A DNA stretch of 63,320 nucleotides, the filler included, from Octopus bimaculoides (Eukaryota), in assembly GCF_001194135.2 (NCBI RefSeq). It is 6 parts of 6 records of this genome, joined end to end, with 100 filler letters (N's around TTAATTAATTAA, not from the genome) between each part and the next. Parts side by side here need not be neighbours in the genome. Positions count along the whole stretch, not along the records: positions 1 to 15,616 come from NC_068985.1; 5 more parts are not named here. One strand, given 5' to 3'. The notes beneath the pieces were generated by a model. The model had not been told where the DNA came from. It did not search any database and saw only the letters and a list, made by a program, of their open reading frames with translations. A program made the position numbers and the translations under genes. How positions within the stretch are numbered: position 1 is the stretch's first letter; every line of letters begins with the position of its first letter. Shown piece after piece: positions 1 to 12,520 of this stretch.

Positions 1-71
1 AGATGTATGCATATATATAGCGTCTCATAAAGCGAGATTTATATATCTTAATTTGCAGAGGAATTCGTAGT

Positions 72-147
72 GGATAGCTTAGCTTAATCGGTCAAAGCAT
101 CATGACATGTAATCACGGGGATGTGAGTTCGAGTCCACAGCTAGCCA
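72..147 (+). ncRNA. tRNA-like sequence (tRNA-Thr(TGT)-like pseudogene or tRNA-derived SINE head)
   Basis: GGATAGC/GCTAGCC acceptor stem (1 mismatch), A-box TAGCTTAATCGG, anticodon arm CATGA-CATGTAA-TCACG (TGT), B-box GAGTTCGAGTCC. T-stem has a deletion and no oligo-T terminator follows. Confidence 0.5.
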
Positions 148-1240
148 CCTACACTTTCCTCTGCAAAATAGGGGTAGTTTATCCCGTTCAGTCTATATTA
201 TTAGCATTATTCTGCGATTGAAAATTTAAAATCACTTCTTTAACTTTCTAAACACATCTCAACGCTTCTAAAAGCAAACTTCGTTTGTTTATTTACGTTT
301 GTCGTAATTTGAATTTAATATATATAATGATATAGATAAAGATGAATAGAGATCAGTTAATTTAACTCTTATTTTAGCAGAAGTGGTGCTAGTCAGTACA
401 CCCCGTCACTTTTGTGACCTCTGTTAATTTTGCCTTTAGGTACTAATTACTAATTAGCCATCCTTTTAATTTGTTATATGATATAACTATATGTATGTAT
501 GTATGTATGTATGTCGTGTGTGTGTCTGTAAGTACTTACTTTACATCATTACGGTAACGTTTAAACATTAATGAAATATTTACACATAAACTTACGAAAA
601 CCCATCGACTTTTAATGTAGTTTGATTTCAGCTGTGAATATTGATAATTAAGAGATACCGAGTACTGATTTTTGCAGCTCACTTACTTCCATACAGTCTC
701 TGATTTTACATTAATTTCATTCAAGATCTATATTTATATCTGTATATATCAGTATAATCAGGAAAAGTGTAGAAAGAATTTTATCTTAAAAAATTTTATG
801 GAATATTTACCGTGTGATATGTCAACGCTAGTTATTGCAGAAATAAGGCAGAAAGATGTCCAGTGAATACTGGATAACGAGAAACTTCTAACAAAGATAA
901 TGAAAATATAAAGAGGGGTGGGTGGACGGTTTCATCTGAATAAGTAGGTAGATGGAAATCTTATATTACAATATTGATGTAACCCTTTATATATAATCTC
1001 TATTCAGTATCCTGCTGAACTTTGTGACGAAACGGAAATGAGGAATATAGATTAACAAACATCTAAAATAATCGGTGTATCATGATAGAATGAAGATCAG
1101 TTGTGGGTAGTTAGAAAGTGGTAGATGAGATGTATATAGGAAGATGACATGTTTATTAAAATGTTATATATGTATGTTATGTATGTATGTATGTATGTAT
1201 ATAGTATGTATGTATGTATATATGTTTGCATGCATGTATG

Positions 1241-2484
1241 TTTCTCTTCTGTTTTTAAACATTTAAATTCTTCCTCTGAAGAAGGAGCTGGTTTCTAACA
1301 AAGATACAAAGCTCCATCATTGGAATGTAAATAACGAAAACAATGTCACATTTTAAACCTGAGAAAAGTCTTGCATAGTTTCGCTGTTCCACTTACAGAT
1401 TGTATTTGTAATGTGCAAACCAGTTGGTTGATTTCTTTTTCTGATAATCCAAGCTTATCCACTGCCAGTTAGGAATTTACTTACAAAACGAAGTGCTCCA
1501 ATTATCATTGGTTTAAATGTAAATTTGTAATCCGGGTATTGAAGCTGGAGGTTTCGAAGCAGCTGTCCATAGATATCTTCTTTTCTCTTTGATTTTCAAA
1601 GAGATATTCACATCATTAGGACAGCTGACTTTATGATGATACATCACATTTCTTGTCTGTCCCAAACAATAATATCCGGTAGGTTATGCTTACAGTTGAC
1701 AGAAGTTTTGATGGGGATGCTCCACCAGTATTCCTTGTGCTAACATTTGTGCACATATTCAGTAACAGGGTAATTTTCTATATTCATTCCAGGACTGTAT
1801 TTTCCCCGAATGGTATTGTACATTGTTTTTGCGACAACGTCATGTCGCATCGGGAGGTAGTACCTAGATGACATTTTTTGGCAGCTGCTTGTGATGTCTT
1901 CCACAAAAATATGACATAATCTACATTCACGGTTGCATCTTGGAACTCCAAGGTTTTCACTCTCTCTTTTGTTGATTAGGCAAGTAGCAATCTCCTGTTC
2001 TTGGATTGTAAATGCATAGCCTTCGAATTGTGATGTGATGCAGCGGTGACGAGTCCAAGAGAGGCTTTGCTTCATGTCAATGTTACAATCTTCTTCAAGT
2101 CTTCGGGAAACATACCCACGCATGGTCCTTCTTTTAGTATGCTGAACCTTTCAACTCCAGGTCTTCTTTGAAGATTTGGAGTTGTACAGGAGGTCATCAG
2201 GAAGAGAGTACGTCCTTAGGAGATCACTTCAACTCGTAAGATATTGTTTACTTCGCTTTTTAGCACTAAGTTTATTTATAAATTTTTGCTGCAGTTGTTC
2301 AGCATGTACTGTCTGAGAGACTGTGCGACATTCGAAGGCTGTTTGCACTGATATTAAACATCTAAGCTCCTTTAACACTACTTAGGCAGAGCCTGTCGAT
2401 ATCATTATTTCAATGGAGATTTGCAGATGATGTTAGAATCTTGTGAGTTTTAATGTCTATGGAGTGGATTTCTTCTACAGACCG
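1241..2484 (-). mobile_element. 5'-truncated R4/Dong-like non-LTR retrotransposon (RT thumb, Zn knuckle, restriction-like endonuclease), decayed
   Basis: Minus-strand translation gives IDIKTHKILT..H..DIDRL (RT thumb), CRLC..C..RHDVVAK, and HNLPDIIVWD..CIIIKVSCPND (PD-(D/E)xK RLE). Stop at 1346-1348; frameshifts and stops present; flanked on both sides by (TGTA)n. Confidence 0.85.
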
Positions 2485-2708
2485 TATGTATGTATATTTG
2501 TATGTATGTATGTATGTATGTATGTATGTGTGCATGCATGCATGTATGTATGAATGTATGTATACATATAAATCTGTAAAAATATATGTGCATGCATCAA
2601 TACATGCATCCATCCATGCATGCATGCATCTATGCATGTATCGATGCATGCACATATATTTTTACAAATATATATGTACACACACACACATATATATATG
2701 TATATACA

Positions 2709-2743
<35 letters not shown>

Positions 2744-3424
2744 CAGGAAGCAAGTTCTACATCGTTTTTAACTGGATTTTTACTTATATATATATATATG
2801 TGCATGTATATATATANNNNNNNNNNNNNNNNNNNNNNNNNNNNNNNNNNNNNNNNNNNNNNNNNNNNNNNNNNNNNNNNNNNNNNNNNNNNNNNNNNNN
2901 NNNNNNNNNNNNNNNNNNNNNNNNNNNNNNNNNNNNNNNNNNNNNNNNNNNNNNNNNNNNNNNNNNNNNNNNNNNNNNNNNNNNNNNNNNNNNNNNNNNN
3001 NNNNNNNNNNNNNNNNNNNNNNNNNNNNNNNNNNNNNNNNNNNNNNNNNNNNNNNNNNNNNNNNNNNNNNNNNNNNNNNNNNNNNNNNNNNNNNNNNNNN
3101 NNNNNNNNNNNNNNNNNNNNNNNNNNNNNNNNNNNNNNNNNNNNNNNNNNNNNNNNNNNNNNNNNNNNNNNNNNNNNNNNNNNNNNNNNNNNNNNNNNNN
3201 NNNNNNNNNNNNNNNNNNNNNNNNNNNNNNNNNNNNNNNNNNNNNNNNNNNNNNNNNNNNNNNNNNNNNNNNNNNNNNNNNNNNNNNNNNNNNNNNNNNN
3301 NNNNNNNNNNNNNNNNNNNNNNNNNNNNNNNNNNNNNNNNNNNNNNNNNNNNNNNNNNNNNNNNNNNNNNNNNNNNNNNNNNNNNNNNNNNNATATATAT
3401 ATATATATATATACACACACAAAA

Positions 3425-3482
<58 letters not shown>

Positions 3483-3494
3483 AGGAAGCAAATT

Positions 3495-4445
3495 CTAGGT
3501 CGGTTTAATTTTAAATGGATTTACTTTTGAAGACTTTTGGATGATTGTTGTGTTCCTGTTATAAGATGGTAGTAACCACGTAGGGTAGGAGTAATTAAAG
3601 AGAAAATAATCTTTGCGGTACATCATCCACAGTCTATTTACAGATGCAGTCGAAAGAGTATCGAAATATTTCGCTACCAAATCAGTACCAGTTTGTGCAT
3701 GTCTGTAGGTGTCATTACGCGATGGAAATCTGACCGAGTGTTTCGGTGTCAAATTACGTAGAATAAAATGTGCATCTCTCTCCAATGTCTCGTATTTACC
3801 TATAAAATCATATTTTATCGAACACGGATGACACAAAGGGCTAAAATGGCCCCAATGATCATTTAAACTAACTTTCCGTGACGACGCATCGAGAAGATAA
3901 TGCACAAACTCACTAAATTTAACCTTTGTTTTTCGCATGGAATTCTCACTCATTGAACGATTTCGATATCTTTTGAGAATAATGCGGCCAAATCTTTGGA
4001 AAAAGTATTCATTTTTTGAAGTTAGGATTTTGTTTCTGAAAGCAGAAACTAGTCTCTGAAATGGTTCTCGAACGAATAGAAATTTCTTGTAATTCCGCAA
4101 ACGATATGAGATTCCTCCAGGTGATAGATCACTGAGGTAAGTCAAATACTTATCATAAGAATCATGGACATCCATAGCTTTCAGTTGAGACCCTTTCGTC
4201 GTATTGTAATATCCTGTTAACACAAGTAACACTCGCCGCCAATTAGTGCACGCAACTTTTGGAATTTGGCAATACATAAATCCGTGTGGATCGTTGACAA
4301 GAATACTGGAAAACTCGCTTCTCTTCATTTCACGTCTTCTGGCGAGTAAACCGAGTTTCTTGCAGGCTGATCTCAAAAAAGATTTTCTTTTCTGCTGATC
4401 TAGCAAAAAGGCTTTGTGATCTTCTTCTGTGAATTGAACCTGCAT
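3495..4445 (-). CDS. Carbohydrate sulfotransferase (Sulfotransfer_2 family, CHST11/CHST9-like), catalytic last exon
   Basis: Intact 316-aa ORF with 5'-PSB IPKVACTNW, 3'-PB FVREPFQRLVSAF, HW..CHPCSIKYDFIGKYETLERDA and YRKDYFLFNY. No TM anchor. Probable acceptor ...ttctacatgcAG|GTTCAA would start the exon at 4439, phase 0. Confidence 0.93.
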   Translation of the reverse strand: MQVQFTEEDHKAFLLDQQKRKSFLRSACKKLGLLARRREMKRSEFSSILVNDPHGFMYCQIPKVACTNWRRVLLVLTGYYNTTKGSQLKAMDVHDSYDKYLTYLSDLSPGGISYRLRNYKKFLFVREPFQRLVSAFRNKILTSKNEYFFQRFGRIILKRYRNRSMSENSMRKTKVKFSEFVHYLLDASSRKVSLNDHWGHFSPLCHPCSIKYDFIGKYETLERDAHFILRNLTPKHSVRFPSRNDTYRHAQTGTDLVAKYFDTLSTASVNRLWMMYRKDYFLFNYSYPTWLLPSYNRNTTIIQKSSKVNPFKIKPT

Positions 4446-4547
4446 GTAGAATTAAATTATGAAATATCAGACATTATAAATATAAGCATAAAATTATAAA
4501 TATATTGTTAAATCTCTGAACGAGGTATAAACAGTAACTGCACGACA

Positions 4548-4859
4548 ACGTGAAGTATATTTGCCACTTAAATGCGGCTAAACCCTAAGGGTGAATGTTA
4601 CTGTTTTTTTTAGCCCCAGGAGAACATCTCCATCTGGCCATTGACACATATCTGTGCCCTGTCGGTATTTGCAAAGGGAAGTCATCCTTCCCATCGTTGA
4701 TCTGACGTGATACGCACGGACTCGAGTTTCTGGGTATTTACCCTTCGTCAGAGATGTGTGTCAATGACCAGCTGGAGGAGATGTTCTCCTGGGGCTAAAA
4801 GCAATAGTAACATTCATCTTAGGATTTAGCCGCATTTAAGGGGCAAATATACTTCACAT
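4548..4859. mobile_element. ~310-bp foldback/MITE-like element with ~105-bp imperfect terminal inverted repeats
   Basis: 4550-4655 (gtgaagtatatttgcc...tgacacatatct) is the imperfect reverse complement of ~4751-4857 (agatgtgtgtca...ggcaaatatacttcac). Confidence 0.85.
4719..4751 (-). ncRNA. Hammerhead ribozyme core (type I, PLE-like) inside the foldback element
   Basis: CTGACGA - a.GGGT-aaat-ACCC.a - GAAA-CTCGAG-TC, with palindromic stem III ACTCGAGT and GUC triplet. Stem I is poorly formed. Confidence 0.55.
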
Positions 4860-5951
4860 TATAAATATATTATTTGTATAAATACAAATATGAGTAAATC
4901 AATCGTAATGTGTAACAAATAAAAAATGTTTGTTAGCCAAAACTATATTTGTATATATGCAAATATGAAAGTTATCCTACGTTATCCAAACGTTTGTAGC
5001 TAGCTTTTATATAATTTCTACATAATATTTTGGGTTATTTATATGAAGTAGGAAAGTGCGTAGTATTAGTTGAGACATTCCTTACTAGGTGTGTTAATAA
5101 CTTTGTACTTTTAGGAAACTGATTTTTGGATACAATAAAATCATTAGTCTGCAACAATAATAAAGTCCTCATAATACTACAACAACGATATTAACCCGAA
5201 CTCATTCTTGGAAATACAATAAACCACATGCGGATAAAATACGTACATTCCTGTGTTAGTAAATTACCGTATTTGATAACATATTAAACGCAATTCTTTC
5301 CAAAAATTGACTCAAGAAATCATCCTAGGTCCTAAAATGCACTAAAACCATATTTTCATGAATATGTGCTGCTGATATCTCTGTAAGCCATTTATGCTAT
5401 GAAAGAGAGTACTAACAATGAATGAAACGTGAAAATCAATATATCAAGACAAAAATAAGTATAGAGTGACCTCCCCTGACAGGCAGAAAGCGTGCTTAGA
5501 GTGATCTCCCCGGACATTTATCACTATTTTAAGCTGTGCAACTGTGTATTCGTGCTTGTGCGTGTAAGTGGTTGTGTGTGTGTGTATGTGTGTGTAAGCT
5601 GACAAAAATCTCACCAACTGTTACTCAGAGTTTCATGTAATATATAATAGTTTATTGATATAATATCTATATATAATAGTTTATTGATATAATATATATA
5701 TAATAGTTTATTCATTTATCGACTTAGCTGATATTTCTTCTATTGAATTCTTCGATCAGTCACCCTACTTCATTCTCTTCCATTAAAACACACCCTTCAT
5801 TTCTTCTTCTTTTTCTTACTCTCTTCTTACTCCCTCTTTCTTTTCCTTTTCTTTAGTTTCTTTTTCTTCTTTCCTTTCTTTTCATCTTATTTTTCTCCCC
5901 TCCATCATATTATGTTTTCTTTTCACTACCATATATGATAGGAGCTATACA

Positions 5952-6352
5952 CTTTTACTCTTTTACTCTTTTACTCTTTTACTTTTTTACTTGTTTCAGT
6001 CATTCGACTGCGACCATGCTGGAGCATCGCCTTTAGTCGAGCAAATCGACCCCAGGACTTATTCTTTGGAAGCCTAGTAGTTATTCTATCGGTCTCTTTT
6101 GCCGAACCGCTAAGTTACGGGGACGATGCTGGGGGTGTGTGGGGGGGACAAACACAGACACACAAACATATACACAAATATACATACATATATACGACGG
6201 GCTTCTTTCAGTTTCCGTCTACCAAATCCACTCACAAGGCTTTGGTCGGCCCGAGGCTATAGTAGAAGACACTTGCCCAAGGTGCCACGCAGTGGGACTG
6301 AACCCAGAACCATGTGGCTGGTAAGCAAGCTACTTACCACACAACCACTCCT
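5952..6352 (-). mobile_element. Near-full-length tRNA-derived SINE (family A, CORE-like centre, (AAAGAGT)n-like tail)
   Basis: Head aggagtggttgtgtggtaagtagcttgc..ggttcagtccc, centre caccttgggcaagtgtcttc, tail gactgaaacaagtaaaa. Many related copies in the window. Confidence 0.8.
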
Positions 6353-7459
6353 ATATATATATATATGTTTGAAAATTCAGTAATTTTTCCAGTTATAGCT
6401 TGCCTGAAGAGCCTGTGCAACCATAGGCAAAACTCAGAGGAACAAAAGACTGACNNNNNNNNNNNNNNNNNNNNNNNNNNNNNNNNNNNNNNNNNNNNNN
6501 NNNNNNNNNNNNNNNNNNNNNNNNNNNNNNNNNNNNNNNNNNNNNNNNNNNNNNNNNNNNNNNNNNNNNNNNNNNNNNNNNNNNNNNNNNNNNNNNNNNN
6601 NNNNNNNNNNNNNNNNNNNNNNNNNNNNNNNNNNNNNNNNNNNNNNNNNNNNNNNNNNNNNNNNNNNNNNNNNNNNNNNNNNNNNNNNNNNNNNNNNNNN
6701 NNNNNNNNNNNNNNNNNNNNNNNNNNNNNNNNNNNNNNNNNNNNNNNNNNNNNNNNNNNNNNNNNNNNNNNNNNNNNNNNNNNNNNNNNNNNNNNNNNNN
6801 NNNNNNNNNNNNNNNNNNNNNNNNNNNNNNNNNNNNNNNNNNNNNNNNNNNNNNNNNNNNNNNNNNNNNNNNNNNNNNNNNNNNNNNNNNNNNNNNNNNN
6901 NNNNNNNNNNNNNNNNNNNNNNNNNNNNNNNNNNNNNNNNNNNNNNNNNNNNNNNNNNNNNNNNNNNNNNNNNNNNNNNNNNNNNNNNNNNNNNNNNNNN
7001 NNNNNNNNNNNNNNNNNNNNNNNNNNNNNNNNNNNNNNNNNNNNNNNNNNNNNNNNNNNNNNNNNNNNNNNNNNNNNNNNNNNNNNNNNNNNNNNNNNNN
7101 NNNNNNNNNNNNNNNNNNNNNNNNNNNNNNNNNNNNNNNNNNNNNNNNNNNNNNNNNNNNNNNNNNNNNNNNNNNNNNNNNNNNNNNNNNNNNNNNNNNN
7201 NNNNNNNNNNNNNNNNNNNNNNNNNNNNNNNNNNNNNNNNNNNNNNNNNNNNNNNNNNNNNNNNNNNNNNNNNNNNNNNNNNNNNNNNNNNNNNNNNNNN
7301 NNNNNNNNNNNNNNNNNNNNNNNNNNNNNNNNNNNNNNNNNNNNNNNNNNNNNNNNNNNNNNNNNNNNNNNNNNNNNNNNNNNNNNNNNNNNNNNNNNNN
7401 NNNNNNNNNNNNNNNNNNNNNNNNNNNNTATATATATATATATGGATGTGTGTATATCA

Positions 7460-7735
7460 CCATCATCATCATCGTTTAGCGTCCGCTTTCCATGCTAGCA
7501 TGGATTGGACGATTTGACTGAGGTCTGGTGATCCAGATGGCTACACCAGGCTCAAATCTGATTTGGCAGAGTTTCTACAGCTGGATGCCCTTCCTAACGC
7601 CAACCACTCCGCGTGTGTTGTGGGTTCATTTATGGGCCACCGGCACGAAGGCCAGTCAGGCGGTAGTGGCAACGGCCACACTCAAAATGGTGTATTTTAC
7701 GTGCCACCTGCACAGGAGCCAGTCCAGCGGCACTA
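7460..7735 (-). mobile_element. SINE/LINE 3' tail of RTE type ending in (GAT)n
   Basis: aggaagggcatccagctgtagaaa...ccatgctagcatggaaagcggacgctaaacgatgatg. Related segments at 15720-15815 and 18950-19090. Confidence 0.65.
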
Positions 7736-8584
7736 TGTACATATATATGGAGAAATATTGATGAACAACAATTGACGTACATCAATTATTATTTATTAAT
7801 TCAATACTAATAGACTGCATCCTATCTAACAGCTGTTTCTGCTCCCAATGTTGTATGGCATTGCCATTGATATGCTAAAAATATTTATCATATCTGGTAA
7901 TAAAACCTCTCTGAAATATGGAACTTCATCAGAATGAAGAATAAATAAAAAAAATAATGTAGAGCGTAGAAAAGAAAAAGGAAAAGTTGAATATGATTGT
8001 AATCATACCATTTTGCTTGTGTATCTCTTTGGGATGTTAAGTAAATGACTAAACTTAAAATAGTGTTTGGTGAATTAATCCTTTGTACGGTGGTGGTGGG
8101 GGGAGATAGGATGGATAAATAATAAAAAAAAAAAATAATAATAGTGGGATACGCCAATAGGTTTTAGTCGGAGAAGGGGTGAAGATACAATAAGGCTTTA
8201 GATTAATCATAATAATTTTCAATAATTACGTTTATAATACTAATTAATAGTATTTATATCATAATAAAGTGCTAATCGATTAAATGCAATTTTGTATTCA
8301 TTTACTAGTAGGTGGTTAAGCCCTTCCACCTGTTGTCCGAAGTGAGATATAATTGGTCAGTTGAAATTAAAAAAAAAAGACCAGCTTAGAAAAATGGTGT
8401 ATGTTGTAAGGGTCCTAAAACGCTTAGGACAGTATATGCTAGATTTTAAAAAATAAATATGGAATAAATATTAAGAGAGAAACCTATTCGGTCTACCTAT
8501 CTATATACTAACATCTATCCCCCCTCTATCTCTCATTCTTTTTCTTTTCTCTATTTCTCCCTCTCCCCCACTTTCTCTGCGTAT

Positions 8585-8638
<54 letters not shown>

Positions 8639-9253
8639 TTGCTTTTCTTTTGGTTATGAAATTATAAACACATTCAATATATTGCTCAATATATTCAAAA
8701 GTATCACATTTACTTTTAATACAAAAAACACTGACAGTGATTTCGAAGTTTTGTCTCAGTAGCCTTGGTCTGATTGTAAAATCTTTATTTAGTTTCCCAA
8801 ACGTTTTATGCAATATTCGTTCATCTTGTGAAATCGACTTATTAGTTGCTATGTAGGTTTGACTTAATGGTGTATTTTTGTAGCTTATAAGTAAAAAATC
8901 TTTATGTTTGATTGCTGCTCAAACAACTTATCATGATGTCTTCATATGTCACAAAAAAACCCCCACTATTAAACCACACTCACAGTTCCACTCCTATGTG
9001 GCAGCTAAAAGATGAGTCAAATATATATTAAAAAAAACTCCTAAATTTTTTCAGCCTGAGGAGGTTACTTAGTAAAAACATGGAAGTCGTTGTGTATATC
9101 CTCCATGTAACGAGAGAGCGCGTACACGCACACACACTCTCATATAACAACAGTATCACATTTAACTATTATATTAATTTACAATTTCAGTCTCTCTGAC
9201 TGGTGCATTGAGTGCTTTCCTGTTTTGTTTTACGAACCGAACCACACTTAATC

Positions 9254-9325
<72 letters not shown>

Positions 9326-9671
9326 TTGACGTTTAGAATATATTTAGATTTACAAACACCCGAAGAAATGTATAGATCTGACAACTGAAAGACAGCCATT
9401 CTGAAATTTTTATCATCCTCATTTATTCCGATGGTCTCAGAACTTCGCTCTTCTCAATTTTGACTGTAAGATATATGAGCGGATCAGCAACCCATCCAAT
9501 TACACTCCAGTTACACATTTCATTCTTAATCTCAATCTCAAATAACATGATATTATCCGCTTTAATCTATTACTTAACGCTATGTTCGATCACCATAAAT
9601 ATCTGTCCCCAGCCTTTTTTTTTTTTTTTTTTACAAATAACTAGTCAACCACTAATAGAAAAATAATAACC

Positions 9672-9800
9672 AAGCGGTTCGGCAAGAGAGACTAATAGAA
9701 TAAGTACTGGGGCTCGATCCATTCGACTAAATCTGCGTTAAGACGGTGCCCCAGCATGACCGCAGACTAATGATTAAAATAAGTAAAAGATAAAAGATAA
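9672..9800 (+). mobile_element. Family A SINE 3' fragment
   Basis: gcggttcggcaagagagactaatagaataagtact...aagtaaaagataaaagat matches the tail of the 5952-6352 copy. Confidence 0.7.
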
Positions 9801-10030
9801 ATGCTCGTTAAGAAACTAAATCCAAAATCGATGCTTACCTGAGCGTCATCTCCATCATCTGTAATTAAAGAAGACAAATTATAATTAATATTATTTTTCA
9901 CATAACCATTAACAATATTGTCAACGTCATCTCAAACATTATCACGAACTTTGAACCAACGAGGACTAATACCACCACCACCACGGTCATTATAGCAACG
10001 TAACCAACCAACCAACCAGCCAACCAAATC

Positions 10031-10300
10031 AATTTCGGCCGTCGTTTTCCCCAGCAGGAAGTAGAATTTCACGGAAGCACACTGTCCCTTCGTTTCAGCC
10101 ATCGCAAACATCGACGAATTGGGGAGAAGCACTGCAAAAACAAAAAACGCACCACATGGCAGTACGACTTCAGACGATAACACTGGTCGGCAGACTGATA
10201 CCTGAGGGTCGCATCAAGTGGATTATAGCGGCAGAAGTCTGAACTACAACAGGCTTGTCTCCGAGAGAACGTTTCCGATTACTTTGGGTACCTCCTCGTA
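10031..10300 (-). mobile_element. Mariner-type transposon 5' fragment
   Basis: TA + CGAGGAGGTACCCAAAGTAATCGGAA terminal sequence, followed by MAETKGQCASVKFYFLLGKTTAE, resembling the mariner N-terminal EQRxCIKFCFxLGKTAxET. Confidence 0.7.
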
Positions 10301-11631
10301 TAACCGCCAACATAGGCATCATCAGTATCCTAGGAATATGCACTATCTTATATAAGTAACATAACAAGCATTATTAATACCACATCACAGGCATTATCGA
10401 GATAATCGTCAATGGCATTATCAATATCTACACTCATATCATCTGTAACTTAGCCACCAAACATTACTGTAAAACCACCCGCCAAAACAAGCTTTCTTTA
10501 CTTCCTCTACATTCAACTCACGAACCATCAATATCAGAATCCCCATGACCTTACACACTCACTCAATCTTGGGGCTAAACCCCAACACAATGTCCCGTTC
10601 ATGACTATCCTATTTCTTCTACCTTCAGTTATAGCATATCCAGGTCTATGTTATCCAAAGTATCATTCCTTTTCCAAGACAAAATGTCTATCTGAAGGAG
10701 ATTTTACTGTTACATTTTAAACGTTTCTTAATCGACTGGATAACAAATAATTATATTTCTATGATTTCTTGATACATGTTCATTCATCAAATATCAATGA
10801 TACCGTGTGTCATAAGTGAAAAATTTGGGTGCAGTCTTATCCATTTGACATTAAATTCTTGTATAGTGGGTCTACTTATTTTCTTATAAATGAAGCCATG
10901 CTGGTTACGTAAACGAAAACTTTATCGTTTTTACTGAAACAGTTTGCAAAGAAAATTATTTGTTTCCAACAGGAATCTGACTGCCAAATAAACTGCACAA
11001 CACACTAATGTATTATTGTTATTCTATCGTAGGCGGCTGACATTTTTCTATAGACATTGACTAATAGATGTTTAAATTATACATTAACCGCATTGTTCTC
11101 GTTAATCTAGCAGGGTCTGCGAAGTGCATGGACGTAACCTTTCCTCTTCTGGCTGTTTTATATTAAAACCGAATTTGGTGACAGCTTTTCAGGAAAAAAA
11201 TCCAAACATCTACTATCCTGAAATAGCATGTTCTCTCAGTATATAACATTGCACAGTGAACTTTATAGAAAGCCTCATAAGTCAAAATAAATAGATCTCT
11301 GAACTAAACTTCAATACCTTTTCAGTGGTGAATGCGATGTGTTAAACATATTAGTTAGCAAGTCAATATTAGGTCGAGAACTAACGAAGAATTTGTGGGC
11401 ATAATTGACAAATTTTGCACAGACAATTTATTCATGGCAGCATTTTAGTCGCGCATGAGATGAAATATCTAGGTCAATAATTACACAGCACCATCTTGTG
11501 TTCTGAAAGTGGAACTTGCTTGTGGTGATGACCTCTTTTAGCATTTACATTCAGCTGCACCTATATTATTCTATATATAGCAATATGGTGCCACATATAT
11601 ATACATATACATATAGATATACAATCATGTA

Positions 11632-11686
<55 letters not shown>

Positions 11687-12470
11687 NNNNNNNNNNNNNN
11701 NNNNNNNNNNNNNNNNNNNNNNNNNNNNNNNNNNNNNNNNNNNNNNNNNNNNNNNNNNNNNNNNNNNNNNNNNNNNNNNNNNNNNNNNNNNNNNNNNNNN
11801 NNNNNNNNNNNNNNNNNNNNNNNNNNNNNNNNNNNNNNNNNNNNNNNNNNNNNNNNNNNNNNNNNNNNNNNNNNNNNNNNNNNNNNNNNNNNNNNNNNNN
11901 NNNNNNNNNNNNNNNNNNNNATATATATATATATATATATATATATACTTACACATATATGTGTTTGTGTAGAGTATATGAACAACCGCTTGTTGTTAGG
12001 CAAAGTGAGGCAAGGGAAATAATTGAAGTGGGCCAATGACATAAATGTATATAATTCACAAAAATGGTAATATACAGTATGCCGTGCGCATGAAATTATT
12101 AATGAACTGAAATCTGACTTTTTTTGAGAAAGAACAACCAAAGAAAAAGAGAGTAATTGTTAGAATCCCGTCAAAGAAAAGACAGACAATTTCAAGCCAT
12201 TAAGAATTAATTCGTAGAAAAATTAATTTTTAAGAGACAACTAGAAGCATGTTTTGGTTTTATATGATATGCCTTCATCGATGAATTGTAGTCTTCTGAA
12301 ACTTGTTTTGATCAATGGGTATTGATTTTAAAAGGTCGAAAAACAGGTGAGATTTTTTTTTGTGCACTCCATTTAGAGTATGCAATGTAATTTAATTATC
12401 ATGACATGAAATGACTGCCGAATAGGAGTTGAGTGAAGATATCAAACACAAAAACGAACATCGTATGTAG

Positions 12471-12520
<50 letters not shown>

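Noticed and set aside
1276-1348. CTGAAGA...GAAAACAATGTC hammerhead-like string on the plus strand
   Set aside because: Extra ~18 nt between stem II and GAAA, no valid stems I/III, and antisense to the LINE whose 3' UTR it occupies.
2620-3508. Long ORFs spanning N-runs throughout the ORF track
   Set aside because: Open only because Ns contain no stop codons.
7828-7845. GAAACAGCTGTT on the minus strand
   Set aside because: No upstream CUGANGA or stem II.
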